Shown here one piece after another: positions 51,886 through 61,952 of a DNA stretch of 64,000 nt; position 1 is the stretch's first letter; every line of letters begins with the position of its first letter. The position numbers and the translations under genes were made by a program. The stretch is from NCBI GenBank assembly GCA_963793865.1, contig CAWCBP010000001.1, forward strand, positions 960,001-1,024,000, read 5' to 3'. This stretch comes from an uncultured delta proteobacterium. Lineage in GTDB: Bacteria > Desulfobacterota > WTBG01. The notes below the pieces were generated by a model. It saw only the letters and a program-made list of their open reading frames with translations. It did no database searches and was not told where the DNA came from.

Positions 51886-53045
51886 TTACTCATGATGGGC
51901 GGGCACATTGCTCGCACCGGTATCAAACAGGGTAAGCGCGACAAATGCGATGGCTGCCGCGGTCATGGGATAAAAGAGATAGCGGATGGAGGAAAGCTCC
52001 ATCACCCAGCCGGTCACCAGGGGGCCGATAACACATCCTGCTCCGTAGGCGAAGCTGAATGATGCATTTGCCGTTCCCATCCTTTCCGGGGAACAATTTC
52101 CCCGATCAGTGCAAGCGCTACCGGATAGAGTGCACCCGCCACCACGCCCACGCCAAAGGCCAGTGCACAGAGTGCCCAGTACTGCTGAAACAAATTGAAG
52201 GCAATGGTAACCGCCGCCAGCAATACACCGCACGCTTTCAATACCGGCCTTTTACCCCAAATATCGGCCATTTTGCCGGCAGGAAAAGGTGAAACTGCGC
52301 CTCCGACCGCAAAAAAGGTAAACACCATTCCCAGCGCTCCGCCCCTGATTCCCAAATCATCCAGATAGAGCGACAGAAACGAACCGATGGCGACTTCCAC
52401 CACCGCGTAGCACGCGGCGGCAGTGAGGGGCAATTTCAGAGAACTGATAATCCGTGCGAAACCCCACTCGGTTTTTTTCACCGCTACGATTGTTTCATCA
52501 AATCCGAATAGCAGGACCATCAGCGCGCCCAATGAGCTTGCCGCCGCAAAGATGAAGGGAGCTTCGGGTTGTATGGCGTAAAGCCAGGAGCCTATTCCCG
52601 GCCCCACGGCAAAACCCACCGCGAACACCACCCCGTAAAGGCCCATGTTTGAACCTCTGCGCCCGGGAGATGACAGTATATTGATTGCCGCCTCGGTCGG
52701 CGCAAAAAGCAGCGCAGATCCAACGCCCTGGATGGTGCGCAGCAGATAAAAGAACGCCGGGTCCGGCATGTAGGGCATTGCGAGTATGGCCAACCCGAAT
52801 ATGGCCAGACCGCACATGATCATCTTTTTTGATCCGGCCTTTTCAATCCATCTGCCCAGAAAGGACGTGGTGACGGTAAAGACGAGAAAATAGGTTGTGG
52901 CTATTTGTCCAATGGTGGCGGAGGAAGCCCCCATCCCCTGAAGCAAAAGCGGTATAAGCGGGGAAACAAAGCTCATGCCGAAGGCGAGCAGGAAGACGGT
53001 CAATAATATGGGAAGAAGACCTTTGTCCATAGCAAACGCTGACAT
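51886..53045 (-). CDS. MFS transporter, 1-nt frameshift at the G-run near 52088-52091
   Basis: GRWIEKAGSKK motif A, RTIQGVG, GKMADIWGKR; the last two TMs (ERMGTANASFSFAYGAG...) are in another frame. Confidence 0.88.
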
Positions 53046-53116
53046 TTCCTTTTTGGCGGCGGACGATTGTATTCACGCTGCTTTCATTGCGCGGGAATGG
53101 TGTGCACCGATGCTCG

Positions 53117-53860
53117 TTACGCAGCACTCCTTACCGCTTCCTGCAAAGGTTTGACTTTGTAATACTTAAAGAATCCCAGGAAGGCAATGACCAGATAGGC
53201 AATGGTTTTAGGAATCATTAACATCCCTATAAGAGGCACCTTATGCTGCAGGAAAATGACCGGAGCGTAACAAACAAATGATACAATAACCATAATGCCG
53301 ATCCATATGAATGTTTTATCCCTCTCCTGAACGCCATCCCGGAGAATCAGATAGGCCGATCCAAGCTGCATCAGCATCAGCGGCACATTCCGAATGATTG
53401 CCCACTGATGCGGTTGCTGAAGACTGTTCCAGTTATTTGCCGGGTGGGTCATAATGAGCAAGCGGAGTATGGCAAGGGCAAAGAGAATACATCCCAGAAC
53501 ACCGTAGCTCCTGCCAAACCGCTCTTTCCAGATCATTACCAGTATGACGTAGAAAAAGGTGAAGGTAATTGCTGTCGCGAGGGAACCCATGGGCGCCAGC
53601 TGTAACTCACGCCCGAACAGTGTAATCGATGCATCAAGACCGCCCATCGCAAAGGCAATCACCCTGAACCCGACATGGCCGATATCTCCCAAACCGAGCA
53701 GGAAAAAAGCCCACATGACTAAGCCGGCAACCTTCTGATCCTTGGCATCCACCAGTTCCCGCCGGTTAATCATGGCAATAACCAACCACCAGACAACAAT
53801 GAGATAGGCAATATTAAATATGGTTTCTGTCCAAACGCGTGACGCTTCAGGCATGTCCAC
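53117..53860 (-). CDS. 7-TM membrane protein of unknown function
   Basis: Seven hydrophobic segments; GDIGHVGFR, IRNVP, MLMIPKT polar motifs. Confidence 0.75.
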   Translation of the reverse strand: MDMPEASRVWTETIFNIAYLIVVWWLVIAMINRRELVDAKDQKVAGLVMWAFFLLGLGDIGHVGFRVIAFAMGGLDASITLFGRELQLAPMGSLATAITFTFFYVILVMIWKERFGRSYGVLGCILFALAILRLLIMTHPANNWNSLQQPHQWAIIRNVPLMLMQLGSAYLILRDGVQERDKTFIWIGIMVIVSFVCYAPVIFLQHKVPLIGMLMIPKTIAYLVIAFLGFFKYYKVKPLQEAVRSAA

Positions 53861-53978
53861 TCTCTCCTTGTACTGATTATGAAACTGTAGTATGGGTAAT
53901 GGTAATCCTGCTTCGTGTTGCGTATTGTAATAGCAGATTCAGTCTATTTTTTCAATACATTCAGAAAGGATTCTTATT

Positions 53979-54593
53979 ATGGACATGGAACATGCAGCCC
54001 TCCTCATAATCGACATGCAAAATGATTTCATACACCCCGACGGTTTTGTAAGAAAATCATCACAGGGTATAGGGCTGGCAGAAGATGCCCTTGAACGGCT
54101 GCAAGCCCCTATTCCACAGATTAAGCAGCTCACACAGAAATTCCGATCCACCGGACGAAACGTCATTTATGTCTACACCGCGTGGCAGCCGGATTATTCG
54201 GATATCGCCCTTCCCCTCCGTAAAATGGGACCGAAGGCCAAAGAACATGGTGCACTGGTCATCGGAAGCTGGGGAGCGCAGATTATTGACGAGCTGACAC
54301 CTGATAAAGGCGACCTGATGCTTATGAAGAAAGCGTATGGCGCATTTTTCCAGACCAGCCTTGACCGGACGCTTAGAAACCGAAAGATCACAACCCTGCT
54401 TTTTACCGGCGTGGCAACCAATTATTGTGTTGAGACCACCGCCCGTGAAGCCGTTGCCTACGGGTATGACATCATTCTGGTCAAGGATGGTTGTGCCACC
54501 TTCGACCCTGCCGGTCATGAGGCGACATTGAAAGTTATCAGCATGGGATTCGGCGAAGTAATGTCGGCAGAGGAAGTTCTGCAGCTGCTTTGA
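53979..54593 (+). CDS. cysteine hydrolase (isochorismatase/RutB family)
   Basis: LLIIDMQNDF, K.YGAF, GVATNYCVETTAR (D-K-C triad). Confidence 0.92.
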   Translation: MDMEHAALLIIDMQNDFIHPDGFVRKSSQGIGLAEDALERLQAPIPQIKQLTQKFRSTGRNVIYVYTAWQPDYSDIALPLRKMGPKAKEHGALVIGSWGAQIIDELTPDKGDLMLMKKAYGAFFQTSLDRTLRNRKITTLLFTGVATNYCVETTAREAVAYGYDIILVKDGCATFDPAGHEATLKVISMGFGEVMSAEEVLQLL

Positions 54594-54614
54594 TGGAAAT
54601 CAGGAGAAACTCCT

Positions 54615-55263
54615 ATGGATCTGGTTGAGTTAATTAAATCACGTAGAAGCATCCGGGCCTTTGATAGTAAAATGCCGCCGATAGAAATCTTAAACGAGTG
54701 CCTCGAAGCGGCCACATGGGCACCGAGTGCCACCAACCGGCAGCCCTGGGAATTCATAGTTTTAACCGGCGGGGCACTGAGCGAAGTGAACCGCATTATT
54801 AGTGATAATTTTGCCCTGCGGATGAATGCTGGAGATGCCTTCGGCAACCCTCCCGAACCAATGAAAGGTCGGCAGCAGGAGATCATGGAAACCCTTATGC
54901 GGGTTGCCGAGGAAGACGGGATCGATCCGGGTGAGGTGTTTGAAAAGAGCCTGCGGTTTTTTGATGCCCCGGTGGCGGTCTACTTTGTAACCTACAAATC
55001 CAAGGACGAACAATACCGGCTGAGCACCGCTGCAGCCGTCGAAAATTTCCTGCTGGCTACCCATGCGCGAGGGCTTGGAACCTGCTGGCTTACGGTTACG
55101 GTTATCTGCCAGGAGGACATCAAAAAGCACCTTGAAATAGGCGATGACAAGGAGCTTCTGGCGGGAGTTGCCCTGGGATATCCTTTAGCGGCGTGCCACC
55201 TTAACACTTTTCCAAAGAAAACGGGAATCCCTTGATACCATCACCAGGTGGCTTGGTTTTTAA
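54615..55263 (+). CDS. nitroreductase-family protein, probable 1-nt frameshift near 55214
   Basis: RRSIRAF, APSATNRQPW, GLGTCW, LGYP; natural-looking end RKRESLDTITRWLGF* in another frame. Confidence 0.9.
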
Positions 55264-55288
55264 CCTTAACATAAAATAACTTCTGGCT

Positions 55289-55318
55289 TGTAGGGGCGAC
55301 CGGCCGGTCGCCTCTACA
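55289..55318. repeat. GTAG-type REP-like palindrome, copy 1
   Basis: TGTAGGGGCGACCGGCCGGTCGCCTCTACA, one mismatch to the copy at 60172. Confidence 0.8.
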
Positions 55319-55340
55319 GCGGTAATCCAATCTGTTTTCA

Positions 55341-56087
55341 TTAATAGCGTATACAGGGGGCAAAGTTCCCGAAGGACAGTGCTTCGAGCGGTACGCCCAG
55401 TTTTTGAGCCACACTGAAAGACAGGTCTTTTAAAAGATAAAACTCCATAATCCTCGCCCTCACATTGTACATGATCGATTCATGTCGCGTGGCGAAACGC
55501 TCTTTTTTCCTTCTTTGGGCAATTTCAAAGTAAGTTTCTATCCAACCGAGTGCGCCATCCCTGAGCAGGGCGTATTCTTCAGCTTTTAATTCGAGCCGTA
55601 TACCGATTTCCGCATTGAGTTGCGTATTCCATGTATCCATGTAATACAAATTCCTGAGCTTGGATCGTAACATCTCATAATTCTGATCGTGGTCCCGGGT
55701 AATCTTCCGAATTCTGTTCTGCAGCAACCTCAGGTCGGCCGCGGCAGTTGATACAGGAGCAACATCAAGGAAACCCGCAAAAATGTCCTCTTTCCCGACG
55801 CGATTCTCCATGTTGATGAGCAGGATGGGAATTTTCGGGTTTGCCGGATACACCATGACCTGAAACACATTAAAGCGTGTGGCCTCACCGGTAACCGGGT
55901 GTTTGGTATTAAGGATAATCTGCGTGACAGCCGCCTTCTCCAGAACCGGTCCGCGTACAACAGACACATCCCAGCTTCCAACCGGCAAATCCCATCTTTT
56001 ACGTTCCACCCGCCTGGTTCTATTGATGCGCTTAAAGTTTCCGATAGCCAGCTCTCGTACCTCTTTATGCAACGGTGTCATTTCCAT
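55341..56087 (-). CDS. divergent coproporphyrinogen III oxidase (HemF)-like protein
   Basis: GPVLEKAAV, YPANPKIP..INME, GFLDVAP and RARIMEFYLLKD...APCIRY parallel HemF FEKAGV, HP.NP..PT.H.N.R, GG.DLTP and RGRYVEFNL..DR...LPP..W. Confidence 0.65.
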   Translation of the reverse strand: MEMTPLHKEVRELAIGNFKRINRTRRVERKRWDLPVGSWDVSVVRGPVLEKAAVTQIILNTKHPVTGEATRFNVFQVMVYPANPKIPILLINMENRVGKEDIFAGFLDVAPVSTAAADLRLLQNRIRKITRDHDQNYEMLRSKLRNLYYMDTWNTQLNAEIGIRLELKAEEYALLRDGALGWIETYFEIAQRRKKERFATRHESIMYNVRARIMEFYLLKDLSFSVAQKLGVPLEALSFGNFAPCIRY

Positions 56088-56325
56088 GGATCAATCTCCA
56101 TCAATTGCCTTTCGGTACACAAAGGTGTCAGTGATTTAACACTTATAATAATGTAACCTTCCTAATGTAAATGGCATTTTGCGTCAAGTGTTTTTATTGC
56201 CTCTTCATACATCGTGAATAGTCAAACCGGTGCATTCCGCACGATATTCAAGTACTGTTTGGGATTGACATACGTGCTCATGATTTGATTAAATAACTTA
56301 AAGATTCCTGCATGCGGAGCAGATT

Positions 56326-58182
56326 ATGAAATACAAGGGTTATACCGGCTGGTTACTTCAGGTTGATCTCACCACAAGGAAAATCACATTTAATTCATTG
56401 TCGGAAAAACTTGCTGAGAAATATATAGGCGGCGTCGGTATTGCTGCTGCACTCATTTCCGAAAAGATTCCACAGGCAATTGACTCATGTGCTGAACAAA
56501 GTCCGCTCATCTTTATGGCCGGACCGCTTACCGGTACCATCATTCCCTGGAGCGGCAGGCATTGCGTGGCCGCCATATCTCCCCTTACCGGCATTTGGGG
56601 TGAATCATATGCCGGAGGCACGTGGGGCAGAGAACTCAAAAAGGCGGGATTTGACGGTCTGGTAATAACCGGCATATCTGATAGTCTCGTTTTTATCAAG
56701 ATTGTTGATAGCCGTGTTTCAATCGAAGATGCAGCCCCTCTTCGGGGAAAAGACACCTATGAAACCGAGACCATGATAAGGCATATCTGTGGATGCGATG
56801 TAAGCGTTGCCGCGATCGGCCTGGCAGGTGAAAACCGCGTCCGCTTTGCCTCAGTTATGCATGACGGTAAAGCCGCACGTGCTGCCGGACGCTGCGGTCT
56901 TGGCGCTGTAATGGGAGCTAAAAACCTGAAAGCAATTGCGGTCAAGGGAAGCGGTGTTATCCCCCTGTTTGACCGGGATAGTTTAAACAGTTCCATTAAT
57001 GAGGCGATGCCTGAACTTTTCAACAACGCTGACCACCGCCTTAAAAAAGCAAACAGTGTCTTTTCCATGTTTCTTGCCGACAGACGTTATGGTGTAAATA
57101 ACTGGCGTGACGGGAACCTTAATGGATTCAGTGATGCTTTTCTCAAAGAGCTGGAAAAGCATGTGCGAAATGGAAAGCCCTATCTCTGTGCCGGCTGCAG
57201 GACAGGCTGTGTGGAGTCGCATGTTAAAGACGGCGAACGGCAAAATGTGTGGGAATCGGTTGCCCCGCTCGGATCGCAATGTGGTGTTACTGACATGGAC
57301 ATTGTGCAGAAGGCATACGCACTTTGTAACCGCCACGGCATTGACTCAATCTCTGCGGGAGGGGTTGTCTCATTTGCCATGGAATGTTTCGAGGCCGGTA
57401 TTTTGACCGGAAAGGATACCGGTGGCCTTGACCTTTCCTTTGGCAATGGTGAGGCCTTGCTATCCTTACTACAAAAGATATGTGTAAGAGAGGGCGTGGG
57501 TTCAATTCTTGCTGAGGGAACGAGAAAAGCCGCACAGTTGCTCGGTTCAAAGGCAGAACAATATGCAATTGAAGTTAAGGGCCTGGAGGTTCCGGCTCAC
57601 GATCCCCGGGCTCATAACTTCCTGGCCCTCGCCTATGCGACTGACAATCGAGGTGCTATCCATACGGGAGCGGCAGATCCCAAAGTTGAAGGATTTGATT
57701 TGATCAGCATGGCAGATATCAGGTTTAACGTTGAGGGTACTGCTGAGATGGTGGCACGGGGACAGGACTACGGGGCGGTTTTAAATTCCCTGGTCCTATG
57801 CGCCTTTTCCCATGCCGGTTACGCCCAGTATAACTCCGCCATGGGCTTTCCCGGTATAACTGCCCGCGAGGTTATTACATGGTTCAAACTGGCGACCGGA
57901 ATGGATGTAACATTTGAATCGCTCATGGAGGCAGGAGAAAGGATAGTGAACCTTAAAAGGATCATTAATCTGAAGCTTGGCATGAAATCCGGAGAGGATA
58001 CCCTGCCCCAACGTTTTCTGACGATTGGCAGAAAATCAGGACCTGTATCAGACCCCATTCCACCCATTGATAAACTGCTGTCTGATTATTATCAAGTAAG
58101 GGGTTGGAACAGTGATGGTAGTGTAGGCGACAAGAAGATATCTGACCTGGGTTTAGGGCCACATTTATTGGATACTACTTAA
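56326..58182 (+). CDS. aldehyde:ferredoxin oxidoreductase family (W/Mo-bis-pterin) protein
   Basis: SPLTG, ELKKAGFD, GRCGLGAVMGAKNLKAI, CAGCRTGC, GIDSISAG, HDPR, YYQVRGW. Confidence 0.93.
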   Translation: MKYKGYTGWLLQVDLTTRKITFNSLSEKLAEKYIGGVGIAAALISEKIPQAIDSCAEQSPLIFMAGPLTGTIIPWSGRHCVAAISPLTGIWGESYAGGTWGRELKKAGFDGLVITGISDSLVFIKIVDSRVSIEDAAPLRGKDTYETETMIRHICGCDVSVAAIGLAGENRVRFASVMHDGKAARAAGRCGLGAVMGAKNLKAIAVKGSGVIPLFDRDSLNSSINEAMPELFNNADHRLKKANSVFSMFLADRRYGVNNWRDGNLNGFSDAFLKELEKHVRNGKPYLCAGCRTGCVESHVKDGERQNVWESVAPLGSQCGVTDMDIVQKAYALCNRHGIDSISAGGVVSFAMECFEAGILTGKDTGGLDLSFGNGEALLSLLQKICVREGVGSILAEGTRKAAQLLGSKAEQYAIEVKGLEVPAHDPRAHNFLALAYATDNRGAIHTGAADPKVEGFDLISMADIRFNVEGTAEMVARGQDYGAVLNSLVLCAFSHAGYAQYNSAMGFPGITAREVITWFKLATGMDVTFESLMEAGERIVNLKRIINLKLGMKSGEDTLPQRFLTIGRKSGPVSDPIPPIDKLLSDYYQVRGWNSDGSVGDKKISDLGLGPHLLDTT

Positions 58183-58330
58183 AATTGCAGTCGATGTCTG
58201 CGAGCGGGAGTGAAGCTATCTCATTAGATTGCCGCGTCATTCGTCTGAGCAACACTGCTGTGATTTTCACCCATATAGTTAACTCTTTATTATGTATGCT
58301 GCACAGATGTTTTGCATTCAAGATACTTAA

Positions 58331-59213
58331 TTAGCTATTTTCATCCCAGCCGAGCTTTATCAGCTCGATGTTCTGCGGATCAGCAGTCCCCAGATGATAA
58401 CGGGTATCCGCCAGGAAAACATGCTTGGGCGGCGGATTGAGAGGGCGCTCTTCACCAAAATGCTGCCTGCGCTTGGCCAGAAGAATCCGCACACCCGTCG
58501 CATCCACTGCAACCGGGTCAAAACCCACCAGCATCCCCTTATAAGGCCAGGTATAATCGGGACTATAATGATGAGGCCCCATGCCATGAAAAAGCGGCGC
58601 AAAAAGAACCAGGATATTTAGTCTGGTCTTTCCCTTGACTATCGGAAGCTCCCAGATGGAAGCAAGGTCGGCACAGCTGTCATCATGGTAGGAAGAAGGG
58701 TCTTCAGTAAAGATGATATAGTTCTTTATCAGGCTGCCCACGCCCGACCAGTGGTGGGTCCGAAGGGGTCTGACATTAATGAGCGTAGTTGCTCTTTTAA
58801 ACAGAGGATCAGCAAGCACACCGCGATCATTAATTCCGATGTTTGACTCCGTCACACCGGCATCCTTGTATCCGTTGCTTAATGACTTCTTCCAGTATCG
58901 GGGGTGTGCATATAGGCTGCCACTCATTTGATTTGATGCCTACCACATCAGCGGGTTTAACGAGTTTCTTCCATGCCTTTACAGCATCTTTCTCATCCAG
59001 AAGCGCTGTTACCGCCTCATCGAGCATCTTCAGGACAATCTCTTTTCTCGGCTTGTCATGATCATCAAGCAGATCCTTGTTTCTTATCAATACTACCTTG
59101 GATATTTTTGACTGCTGGGCAAACAGGTCAACCGGCTTGTTCCAATAGAGTGCTCCAGCTATGGCTGCAGCGGCGCTATCTTTCAGGAATTCCCTTCTTG
59201 TCCTTTTTCCCAT
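58331..59213 (-). CDS. Tat-exported DUF362-like protein, frameshift near 58870
   Basis: TRREFLK twin-Arg signal and VVGIKSN, then in another frame LINVRPLRTHHWSGVGSLIKN, DPVAVDA; AGGAGG RBS. Confidence 0.8.
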
Positions 59214-60147
59214 TTTTATCCTCCTTTTGCAGCAACTGCTTTTTCTCAACAGCATCCAAAAGCTGTGATGCATCAACGGCTTGGGCTGCATTAAATACCG
59301 CAATAAACAGATTCCCCGAGAGTCGACATGCAGTCCAAGTGCCGTCTTCAATCTGCACCGGCTCTTTTCCTGAAACATTCGGCAGGTAGGATTTTAGAAA
59401 ATCGCGGTAGGCCAACTGCGCAGATTGTTCATCGGGATAGGACACCAGCAGAAGCAGAGATCGCCTGTTTTTTTCTCCATACTTCGCCAGCAACGCCTCG
59501 GTGGTATCATTAATATGGAGAAGATTGTGATCGGCTATAAAATAGTGGGCATTGAGCCATGCATGATGGCGGAAGTAGCGGATGCTTTCTTTCACGAGCG
59601 ACTTCTCAGGCAGCAGACTAAGAATGGCCGGCAGAGGACCTTCCTTCTCAATTGCGTTATCTATCAATGCTGCAAGAGTATGGATCGCCTTTTTGGATTC
59701 ATCCGTTTCAGGATAAGCCATCATGGAAACATAGTAATGGTCCTTCCAAAAAACAATCAGCCCCTTGGAAACCTGTGATCCCTGGCCGAAGCTCTCATCC
59801 ACCGTTTCCATGGATTGTGAGAAAACCCCGAATGCATTTGGTGCGGTTGCCATATCAAATATGTCAACGACTATATCGGGTTGCCCCTCGCGTTTATACC
59901 TGCGGTTTATAACTTCCTTGAAACCATATGACAGGTATAATTCCGCACCGCCGTCAATGTAATTAAAGAGTGTAGATCTGTTATAGATGCTGTCTTGGCC
60001 TGCAGCTTTCCAGCCTGATACCGCGGATGGTAACAAGGAGGATAGTTCTTGAGGCGCATTTGCCACGGTTATCCCTGTAATGACAAAAACACAACAAATA
60101 ATTCCGCAAAGAATCTGCGAGTGTCTAAATGAGTAAATGCTAACCAT
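59176..60147 (-). CDS. secreted DUF6599-like protein
   Basis: Signal peptide, LFNYIDGGAELYLSYGF, VDIFDM...NAFGVFS, FWKDHYYV. Confidence 0.7.
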   Translation of the reverse strand: MVSIYSFRHSQILCGIICCVFVITGITVANAPQELSSLLPSAVSGWKAAGQDSIYNRSTLFNYIDGGAELYLSYGFKEVINRRYKREGQPDIVVDIFDMATAPNAFGVFSQSMETVDESFGQGSQVSKGLIVFWKDHYYVSMMAYPETDESKKAIHTLAALIDNAIEKEGPLPAILSLLPEKSLVKESIRYFRHHAWLNAHYFIADHNLLHINDTTEALLAKYGEKNRRSLLLLVSYPDEQSAQLAYRDFLKSYLPNVSGKEPVQIEDGTWTACRLSGNLFIAVFNAAQAVDASQLLDAVEKKQLLQKEDKNGKKDKKGIPER

Positions 60148-60170
60148 TTCTTAACACGAAAATAAGGTCT

Positions 60171-60202
60171 CTGTAGGGGCGACCGGCCGGTCGCCCCTAC
60201 AG
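60171..60202. repeat. GTAG-type REP-like perfect 32-bp palindrome, copy 2
   Basis: CTGTAGGGGCGACCGG/CCGGTCGCCCCTACAG. Confidence 0.85.
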
Positions 60203-60219
60203 GTGAATACGAATCACAT

Positions 60220-60280
60220 GAAGGGACGCGCTCCGTCGCGTCCGAATAGTGTATGCGGCCATGACAGAGCATGGCCCTCC
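60220..60280. repeat. inverted REP doublet (two hairpins with covarying stems)
   Basis: GAAGGGACGCG-CTCCGT-CGCGTCCG and, on the opposite strand, GGAGGGCCATG-CTCTGT-CATGGCCG. Confidence 0.6.
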
Positions 60281-60300
60281 ATCTTTTTAAACCTCTGCTG

Positions 60301-61686
60301 CTAAAACTCCAGGGTCTTGACCGCCCGGGGGAAGGGAATCACATCCCTGATATTCTGCATTCCGGTGACAAATTGAACCAGCCGTTCAAATCCGAGGCCA
60401 AAGCCGGAATGGGGAACACTGCCGAATCGGCGTAATTCAAGATACCACCAGTAATCCTTTGGATTAAGACCGCACTGCTCAATCCTGGACTTCAGTGTTT
60501 CGTAATCGTCCTCCCGCTGGCTTCCTCCGATAATCTCACCCAATCGCGGCACCAGCACATCCATCGATCGCACCGTCTTCATGTCCTCATTCAGTTTCAT
60601 GTAAAATGCTTTTATATCCCTGGGATGATTAATGAGGATAACCGGCTGACCATATATCTTTTCGGTTAGAAACTTTTCGTGCTCGCTCTGCAGATCTGAA
60701 CCCCAGGCCACAGGAAACTCGAAATCCACCTTGGCACGCAATAGCTGCTCAATAGCTTCATTATATGTAACTCTTTTAAACGGACTCTTTGCAATTGCTG
60801 CAAGATTATCAATAACTCCCTTGCTGATTCTGGTATCAAAAAAGTCCATATCGTCGGGACAGTGTTCAAGCAGGTAGCTCAAGAGGTATTTTATAAATTC
60901 TTCAGCCACCTCCATATTTAATGAAAGGTCGCAAAAGGCCATCTCCGGCTCAATCATCCAGAATTCCGCCAGATGGCGCGAGGTATTGGAGTTCTCAGCC
61001 CTGAAGGTTGGACCGAAGGTATATATGTTTTTCAGGGCACAGGCATAGGTCTCTCCCTCGAGCTGGCCGCTCACGGTGAGCGACGCCTTTTTCCCGAAAA
61101 AATCGCCACTGTAATCCACCTTGCCTTCAACAAGGGGCGGATTCTCCAGGGGAAGTGTGGTAACCTGAAACATCTCCCCTGCCCCTTCGCAATCACTGCC
61201 GGTTATGATCGGCGTGTGAATATAAATAAAACCTCTTTCCTGGAAGAAGGTGTGGATTGCATAGCTCAGAGCATTTCTGACCCGCGCGACAGCGCCAAAA
61301 GAGTTGGTTCGGGGACGCAGGTGGGCAATCTCGCGCAGAAACTCAAAGGAATGCCTCTTCTTCTGAAGAATAAAATCAGGTGGGGCAGCACCAACGATGG
61401 TAATTGACGATGCCTTCAATTCAACATTCTGCCCTTCTGCCGGGGATGCAACGAGATTTCCCTTCACCGAAACACTGCAGCCGGTAGCAATATCCCGCAT
61501 GATTGACTCATAACCGGGAAAACTTTCTTCAACAATGATCTGAAGATTTTTTATGCTGGAGCCATCATTGAGTTCCAGAAATGAAAGCCCCTTTGATTCC
61601 CGCTTGGTGCGTATCCACCCCTCTACAATCAGTTCCTGCCCCTGCCCTTTCAACTGCAAAATGTTCTTAACGCGTGCCTGATTCAT
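60301..61686 (-). CDS. asnS: asparagine--tRNA ligase
   Basis: [51 protein letters not shown]. Confidence 0.97.
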   Translation of the reverse strand: MNQARVKNILQLKGQGQELIVEGWIRTKRESKGLSFLELNDGSSIKNLQIIVEESFPGYESIMRDIATGCSVSVKGNLVASPAEGQNVELKASSITIVGAAPPDFILQKKRHSFEFLREIAHLRPRTNSFGAVARVRNALSYAIHTFFQERGFIYIHTPIITGSDCEGAGEMFQVTTLPLENPPLVEGKVDYSGDFFGKKASLTVSGQLEGETYACALKNIYTFGPTFRAENSNTSRHLAEFWMIEPEMAFCDLSLNMEVAEEFIKYLLSYLLEHCPDDMDFFDTRISKGVIDNLAAIAKSPFKRVTYNEAIEQLLRAKVDFEFPVAWGSDLQSEHEKFLTEKIYGQPVILINHPRDIKAFYMKLNEDMKTVRSMDVLVPRLGEIIGGSQREDDYETLKSRIEQCGLNPKDYWWYLELRRFGSVPHSGFGLGFERLVQFVTGMQNIRDVIPFPRAVKTLEF

Positions 61687-61952
61687 GACTGACCCTTATT
61701 TCTATAACTCTATGTTAATAAATTGTGGTAAGTAATAGGGCGGCATTCGTACACTTATTCGCGGCATAAAGCAGCTCCTACCGCTATTCTTTTTTAAAAC
61801 AGAAACTGTTTAAATCTTATTATATTGCCTATTGTTGTCAAGGTGAAAAGCAATATTAAAACATTGACTTCGCATCATGTATCATGATATAAACATACGA
61901 AAAATACATTGAATTACAGATTTTCAGCAGACGATTCATTTTATATAAGGAG

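Noticed and set aside
53117..53860. Calling the 7TM protein a rhodopsin
   Set aside because: Lacks the TM3 RYxxW and TM7 DxxxK/SxxxK signatures; kept only as a hypothesis
55341..56087. Assigning the gene symbol hemF
   Set aside because: Key catalytic residues appear substituted and the host looks anaerobic
58196..58245. Degenerate TGCGAG...ATCTC...AGATTGCCGCGTC repeat-like remnant after the AOR
   Set aside because: Single degenerate copy; cannot be supported from this window
55289..60280. CRISPR array from the palindromic repeats
   Set aside because: Only two copies 4.9 kb apart, no regular spacers, no cas genes
49640..60300. Genomic island anchored at tRNA-Glu
   Set aside because: No integrase or att repeat seen; the next gene is a housekeeping-type transglycosylase
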